Positions 59,250 through 64,000 of a DNA stretch of 64,000 nucleotides are shown here, in pieces. Below the pieces are notes generated by a model that had not been told where the DNA came from, ran no database searches, and saw nothing but the letters and a program-made list of their open reading frames with translations. The stretch comes from a virus. Lineage: Duplodnaviria > Caudoviricetes. Position numbers and translations under genes: made by a program. Each line of letters starts with the position of its first letter. Position 1 is the stretch's first letter. Where the stretch lies: positions 32,001-96,000 of IMG/VR virus record IMGVR_UViG_3300028886_000058. One strand, given 5' to 3'.

Positions 59250-59268
59250 TGGAACTCAGCCCCTTTCA

Positions 59269-60939
59269 TTAAAACTTTCCAAACGTTCTTGCGATACGTT
59301 TAGATTCCACGTCGTCAAATCCACCTGTAATGCCAACACATACAGGGCCGTGTTTATGTAAACGAATGCTTTCCTTTTCAAGTTCTGAAATGTAATCGTT
59401 GCCCATAGCCAAAGATGAATACCTATCCTTGTGCATAGTTGACTTAGGAACATCGTACAAAACATTTCCGCTTGCGCCTATTTTTCCTACAACGTTACCC
59501 ATCTCTATCTGTAAAGCATCCGCTTCAATAAAATTAGCAAACTCTTCTTTGGACATTCTGTCTTTTTTCTCTTTTATCGCTCTTGAAGAAGAAGGAAGCT
59601 CTATCGTCTGTTTTTCAAGAGCAACCCTTAAATTCGTATAGATTCTTTGGTTTAAAGTATTTACAGCTCTAAACGGGTGTAAAGCTTGTTGAGCATCTGG
59701 ATTAGCCAACGGCTCATCATCAACTACTAATGGAGGATATTCTCTTCCAGACTCTATATCTATCCATGGCTTGTCAAAGAATCTATCGAAACTATCTCCG
59801 ATTCCTCGTGCGTCGTATACTATTTTTTCGGAATTGGGAAATTTGACATGAAAATATTTTCTGACTTCTTCAGCCAGAAAATCTAACGGTTCACCGTTAT
59901 ATGAACGTATATGGACGACTTGTTTATTAAACGAGCCGTCTTTTTTTTCAGTAAATTTTTGTATCATAAGAACGCTGTTATCAGAACCTTTTGCTTTTGA
60001 CGTAGCTATGTCTAAAGAAATAATATATCGAGATTTGGAACCTTTAGGTTGTTCCATCTCAATGTTATTTAAAGTTCTGCAGCTTTGAACCAGATCGTAA
60101 GGAAACGCAGAGTCTTCTGCTGCTCCTATGAATTTTGATTCATATTCCATTTGGAAAGTAATGTCCGGTAAGCTTCTGCGTTCTTCTTCGTAATATTCTT
60201 CAGTCGTTAAACCTTCGTTGATAGGGGTATGGTAATCCAAAACACAGGCAAAATATCTTTTATCTCCTCTTGCTCTGCGTTGGATAATCCTTTCAAACTC
60301 TGTAAAAAACTCAAACGACTTAGGACAAGCCGATGTAATATAAACCAGTTTGGAAGGGAAGTCATCGAAGCCATAAGCCCTGCAATTGTATCTTGTCTCA
60401 TTACGAGTAGGAGATACTACAGATTTTAATACTTCCATGTTTACATCACGGGCTTCGTCTACAATAACCAACTTAGCTCTTCGAGAACGAGCGCTTCCAA
60501 TTGCAACAGACTCAATCATGCTTCCGTTTTTCAAAGTACAAGTTGAACTGTCTTTGGAAATAGAAACATAAGTCCTTGCGTTTGTAGGTTTAATTTCGTT
60601 GGCGAAGTTCTCGTTTTCATTGGCTAAGTCTCGTATTTTCTCGGCAACTCTTGTTGCTTGATCAGCTGTAGGAGCTACTACTAAAACTTTAGTTCCTGGA
60701 TATAAAGAACCTAATGATACAGCAATAAATGCTATTAACCATGTTTTACCGTATCCACGAGGAGCAACTACGGCGGACACCATAGCGTTCCCGACTTCTC
60801 TTGCTATAACATGCTGAACAGGAGTTAATTTAACAGGCGCAAATGCATTTTCAATAAACATATCCATATGCGTCCTGAAATAAATTATCTGTTGCTCAAT
60901 AACATTCCATGAATTTATCTGCCCAGGTCGTGCAATCAA
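59269..60939 (-). CDS. terL: Terminase large subunit
   Basis: Walker A APRGYGKT, Walker B LVIVDE, F.MEYE..F, nuclease motifs ISLDIA, YDARG.G and KDRYSSL. Confidence 0.92.
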   Translation of the reverse strand: MIARPGQINSWNVIEQQIIYFRTHMDMFIENAFAPVKLTPVQHVIAREVGNAMVSAVVAPRGYGKTWLIAFIAVSLGSLYPGTKVLVVAPTADQATRVAEKIRDLANENENFANEIKPTNARTYVSISKDSSTCTLKNGSMIESVAIGSARSRRAKLVIVDEARDVNMEVLKSVVSPTRNETRYNCRAYGFDDFPSKLVYITSACPKSFEFFTEFERIIQRRARGDKRYFACVLDYHTPINEGLTTEEYYEEERRSLPDITFQMEYESKFIGAAEDSAFPYDLVQSCRTLNNIEMEQPKGSKSRYIISLDIATSKAKGSDNSVLMIQKFTEKKDGSFNKQVVHIRSYNGEPLDFLAEEVRKYFHVKFPNSEKIVYDARGIGDSFDRFFDKPWIDIESGREYPPLVVDDEPLANPDAQQALHPFRAVNTLNQRIYTNLRVALEKQTIELPSSSRAIKEKKDRMSKEEFANFIEADALQIEMGNVVGKIGASGNVLYDVPKSTMHKDRYSSLAMGNDYISELEKESIRLHKHGPVCVGITGGFDDVESKRIARTFGKF

Positions 60940-61853
60940 ATTGCATCACCTTCGTCTTCCCTTAAAGACTCAACAACGTAGTTTAAACTTTCAATAGTCA
61001 TGTCCACTACGTCTTTAGGCCAATCTATAGGTTTAACACACGGATACCCATGTGTTTCACAATACATAGTTGTTTCTGCCCAATTGTTTAATGTGTTTTT
61101 ATCTCCGGGTTTACGCTTACATGCTGCGAAATTACCAGTTTTCATAAGTAAGTCAAGTTGGGCAGTTGCGTCTTTAACGTCCTGTAATGAACACCTTCCA
61201 GCCATATAATCATTCTGAACCTTATCTGCCATTAAAGAAGCCTTGGCTACTTTTTTAGCCGTATCTCTTAAAGCAGTGTCAGAAAGATCAAAGTCCTCCT
61301 GTAAACCATTGTAATAGTTTTCAAGGTATTCAATTTCAAGTTCCTTGAATTCTCCGTTAAAGAACTCGTTGTATGTTTTTATATTTTTGTCTTTTGTTTC
61401 TGTGATCTTACCATTCTCTTTGGCTTCATCGTAAGAATTGGTGTGCGGATCATTTAAATGTTCTTCATATTGATAGTTCTGGGTTAATCTAAAAAGCTCA
61501 GGCATAATTGAACATGCTATATGCTCAAGCAAAATATTCTTCCTGTCTTCATTAGACTTTTGATAAACAGCAGACTTTGACGCTTCGAGCTTTGCTTTTT
61601 CTATAGCATTCTCCCAAACATTTTCTTTCCATTGCCTGTTATTTTCCCAAAAGTATCTTCGCATTTCATCTTTAGTTTGGATCTTGGCTACACAGTTTTT
61701 GCACCATTTATCCTTTTTACCGTTTTCTACCCAGTCTTTGTTTGAAAAGAATTTTGTTAAAGGATAAGTCTGGTTACAGTGTAAACATAAACGTGTCTGA
61801 ACTGGCGGCTTTGACTTTGGCGTTTTAGATAAGATGTAAGGCATCAGTCTCAC
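60936..61853 (-). CDS. Zinc-finger protein, candidate terminase small subunit
   Basis: CLHC and CKNC pairs. Overlaps the terL start. Confidence 0.5.
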   Translation of the reverse strand: MRLMPYILSKTPKSKPPVQTRLCLHCNQTYPLTKFFSNKDWVENGKKDKWCKNCVAKIQTKDEMRRYFWENNRQWKENVWENAIEKAKLEASKSAVYQKSNEDRKNILLEHIACSIMPELFRLTQNYQYEEHLNDPHTNSYDEAKENGKITETKDKNIKTYNEFFNGEFKELEIEYLENYYNGLQEDFDLSDTALRDTAKKVAKASLMADKVQNDYMAGRCSLQDVKDATAQLDLLMKTGNFAACKRKPGDKNTLNNWAETTMYCETHGYPCVKPIDWPKDVVDMTIESLNYVVESLREDEGDAI

Positions 61854-62197
61854 TCCGTATCATCATTAAAAACTTTAAGTACGTCGTCTTCTCCAATTAA
61901 CTTTCTCTCGGCTGGAGTTAAGTCTTCAGATTTTAAGCTAATGTAACCGTCTTCTAAAGACTTCACAGCATCTTCAACATCTCTGAAGAACTGCTGGTTA
62001 CGAACCTGATTATAAAACTCGGCTAAAGCCAAAAACAGTTCAGGTGTTTTAGTGTACTTATATTTAACTATTGGATATTCATTATTTTTCTTTGCGTAGG
62101 TATACCTGATACCTTTGTCTTTAAGAAATTCAACTTCACGTTTCCATTGCGTGGAATATTCCTTATCGAACACGTTTTTTGGAATCTTGTCGTACAT
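61850..62197 (-). CDS. Hypothetical protein
   Basis: Likely start ATG 62197 after GGAGTG. EV.FL...GI.Y......YKY.KT.ELF..L motif. Confidence 0.6.
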   Translation of the reverse strand: MYDKIPKNVFDKEYSTQWKREVEFLKDKGIRYTYAKKNNEYPIVKYKYTKTPELFLALAEFYNQVRNQQFFRDVEDAVKSLEDGYISLKSEDLTPAERKLIGEDDVLKVFNDDTE

Positions 62198-62782
62198 AAT
62201 AATCACTCCATTAATCTTATTTTGTTCACTTATGCGTAAAAGGACGAGATGCGCTAGCATCTCTCCCTTATAACGGTTTTCGAAAGACACGCTAAAAAAA
62301 GATAAAAAAAGATACATTTTTCCCCAATGTGTTTTTTGTTTTGTTGTTGTTTTTTTATTTGTTGTGGGACGAAGTTTTTATTTGGCGTAATCTTTTTTGG
62401 ATATATAAATGCAAAAGTATTACGCCAAAAAGGGAACATTCATATTAACACATGGGAATGTTCCTTTTTTTGTTTTGAATGAGCTTTGAATTAGTTTTGA
62501 ATTGGTTTTGAAAAATGAGTTGGAAGGGAACATATGTGAAACTTTGAGCGAAGCGAAAAGTTTCACAGCGTAAATTAACGCGGAGCGAGCGAAGCGAGCG
62601 GAGCGTCACGCTGCAACGGAGATGTTTGGAACAAGCACACACGTTGCTTCGGACATCTACGGAACAAGAATGGCTGCTGGATGCACCCGTGCCAGCGAGC
62701 ACACTGCCAATGCGGGTTGTTTGGCAAACCGAGTAGCGCACGATACGCGCACAACATGGAGAAACGAATGGAGGAAAGCAAA

Positions 62783-63013
62783 ATGATGTACACGGTTAAC
62801 TACGTATACTCCGAAATCGGAAGAATTTCTATTGTGAACCACATTGGTTCTGCAGTTGAGATCGCAGAACGTACTGTAATTAAGTTTGCATGTCTGGAAG
62901 ATGCGCTTGCCATAGCACGAATGATGAAAACAAAAGGATATAACGTCTTCGTCGGTGACACTAATGACTCTGAGGCGAGATATCTCATTCCTCGTGAGTC
63001 TATGGAATTCTAA
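62783..63013 (+). CDS. Small hypothetical (early-type) protein
   Basis: Start ATG 62783 after GGAGG. Confidence 0.55.
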   Translation: MMYTVNYVYSEIGRISIVNHIGSAVEIAERTVIKFACLEDALAIARMMKTKGYNVFVGDTNDSEARYLIPRESMEF

Positions 63014-63071
63014 ACCCGTCTGATGATGGCTGGTTGGTCACCAGCCGAAACATGCGTTGGAATGTCACTGG
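63014..63071 (+). ncRNA. Hammerhead-like ribozyme (type I)
   Basis: CUGAUGA (63020-63026), stem II GGCUGG/CCAGCC, GAAA (63047-63050), stem III ACAU/AUGU, GUC triplet ending at 63066, stem I CCCGU/ACUGG with one mismatch. Confidence 0.55.
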
Positions 63072-63149
63072 AAACCGTCATGTCTCAAAAACATGAATAA
63101 AAAATGGACACGGGTACCAGCCGTGTCCAAGGAAAGGGGTATTACTACT

Positions 63150-63572
63150 ATGTCTACCACCAACAATGTTACCAACAATGGTAACAAAAATCAAGTAGTT
63201 CTATCTTGGGACTACATGGATAAAGAAAACTTTGTCCATAAAAACAGCATGTGTTGTTCTTATGAAGCAGCTCTTGCGTTTTGTGAGCAACTCAAGAGCT
63301 CACCAGATGTAACTAACGTCTTCATCACAAACGGTGAAGAAAAGTTCGTTACCGTCGTGTGCGTGTTTAGCAACAGCACTAAACAGTACACGTATCTTTG
63401 CAAAAAGCCCGTTAAAGCTGGTTCTTCAGTCCTAGTTGATACAACTTATGGGCTGAAGATTGTCAAGGCTATCAGGAGCGAGATCAAAACTCGTTCCGAA
63501 CTTACAAAGGTAATGCCTATGTGTAATTATCGTTACATCGTAGGCACAGTCTACCTTGATAAGGAGGTGTAA
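63150..63572 (+). CDS. Hypothetical protein
   Basis: Start ATG 63150 after AAGGAAAGGGG. C-terminal V.F....K.Y.Y......G..V.V.T..G domain. Confidence 0.6.
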   Translation: MSTTNNVTNNGNKNQVVLSWDYMDKENFVHKNSMCCSYEAALAFCEQLKSSPDVTNVFITNGEEKFVTVVCVFSNSTKQYTYLCKKPVKAGSSVLVDTTYGLKIVKAIRSEIKTRSELTKVMPMCNYRYIVGTVYLDKEV

Positions 63573-63574
63573 CA

Positions 63575-63658
63575 ATGATCTATTGGATCGTTGCCATAAT
63601 CCTTATTGTTGTTCTTGTTCCTGATGTGGTCAAGTACTACAAGGAATACTACAAATAA
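63575..63658 (+). CDS. Small membrane peptide, 27 aa (not in ORF track)
   Basis: MIYWIVAIILIVVLVPDVVKYYKEYYK after AAGGAGGTG. Confidence 0.55.
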   Translation: MIYWIVAIILIVVLVPDVVKYYKEYYK

Positions 63659-63669
63659 ATGTAAATATT

Positions 63670-63703
63670 GAGAGTAGGAGATCCACTTGGGTCTCCCTCT
63701 TTC
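63670..63703 (+). terminator. Hairpin after the small peptide gene
   Basis: GGAGATCC-ACTT-GGGTCTCC stem extended by AGAG/CTCT. Confidence 0.4.
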
Positions 63704-63791
63704 AGTACTTACTGACGTTTAGTTGCAGATTAACGTAACTGTAACAGTTCAACTCGGCTAAAGAGAATTAAATTATTTTGGAGGTTGCACT

Positions 63792-64000
63792 ATGTTTAAT
63801 TCTATCAAACCTTTAACTTATCTCGAAGCTCGTTCAAACCTTTCCATCTACGAAAAGAATATGGCTTTATCTGGATTACTGTCGAGTTTGTCTAAAAACC
63901 GCTTAACTAATGAAGAAAACTTTGATGGCATTGGTATCACGCTTGCAGATACAGAAGACTATGTATATGCAGTAATTCCCTGCGTTGGAGCAAAATTCAT
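63792..64000 (+). CDS. Hypothetical protein, truncated by the window edge
   Basis: ATG 63792 after GGAGG. Frame is open to the end of the window. Confidence 0.55.
   Translation, partial: MFNSIKPLTYLEARSNLSIYEKNMALSGLLSSLSKNRLTNEENFDGIGITLADTEDYVYAVIPCVGAKF

Noticed and set aside
38-61209. Numerous plus-strand ORFs in the ORF track
   Set aside because: They are antisense shadows of long minus-strand genes, with no recognisable motifs.
62445-62988. Minus-strand ORFs in the strand-switch region
   Set aside because: Low-complexity translations of repeats, or antisense to the plus-strand gene.
1-64000. Lysis genes, integrase, tRNAs or an alternative genetic code
   Set aside because: None was recognised. 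Genes are long and tightly packed under the standard code.

Overview
This window is the virion-morphogenesis arm of a large siphovirus-type phage. The host is probably a clostridial Firmicute, inferred from strong AGGAGG ribosome-binding sites, a clostridial-type HPr and a CD1375-like gene. Almost everything from 62.2 kb down to 1 is on the minus strand. In transcription order: terminase, portal, metallophosphoesterase, prohead protease/scaffold, capsid genes, head-tail connectors, tail tube (split by a group I intron with a GIY-YIG endonuclease), frameshifted tail chaperones, a 5172-aa tape measure protein, Dit, a 1754-aa Tal/spike, and about 24 kb of modular fibre/adhesin genes. Small plus-strand genes start after a non-coding strand switch near 62.5 kb. 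Main observations: (1) The tape measure protein looks like a polyprotein. It has an N-terminal two-barrel RNA polymerase domain (FQGRxxGxK, RYP, GADFDGD), then a RecB-like PD-(D/E)xK nuclease domain, then the tape-measure core. (2) Two fibre-tip blocks are each bounded by matching 7-6-7 bp sites resembling tyrosine-recombinase targets, which suggests exchangeable receptor-binding cassettes. (3) The tail-tube intron splice junctions can be placed exactly. (4) There is a phage HPr with His15 but no Ser46. (5) A hammerhead-like ribozyme lies between the plus-strand genes. All assignments come from motifs and gene order read by eye; no database search was run.
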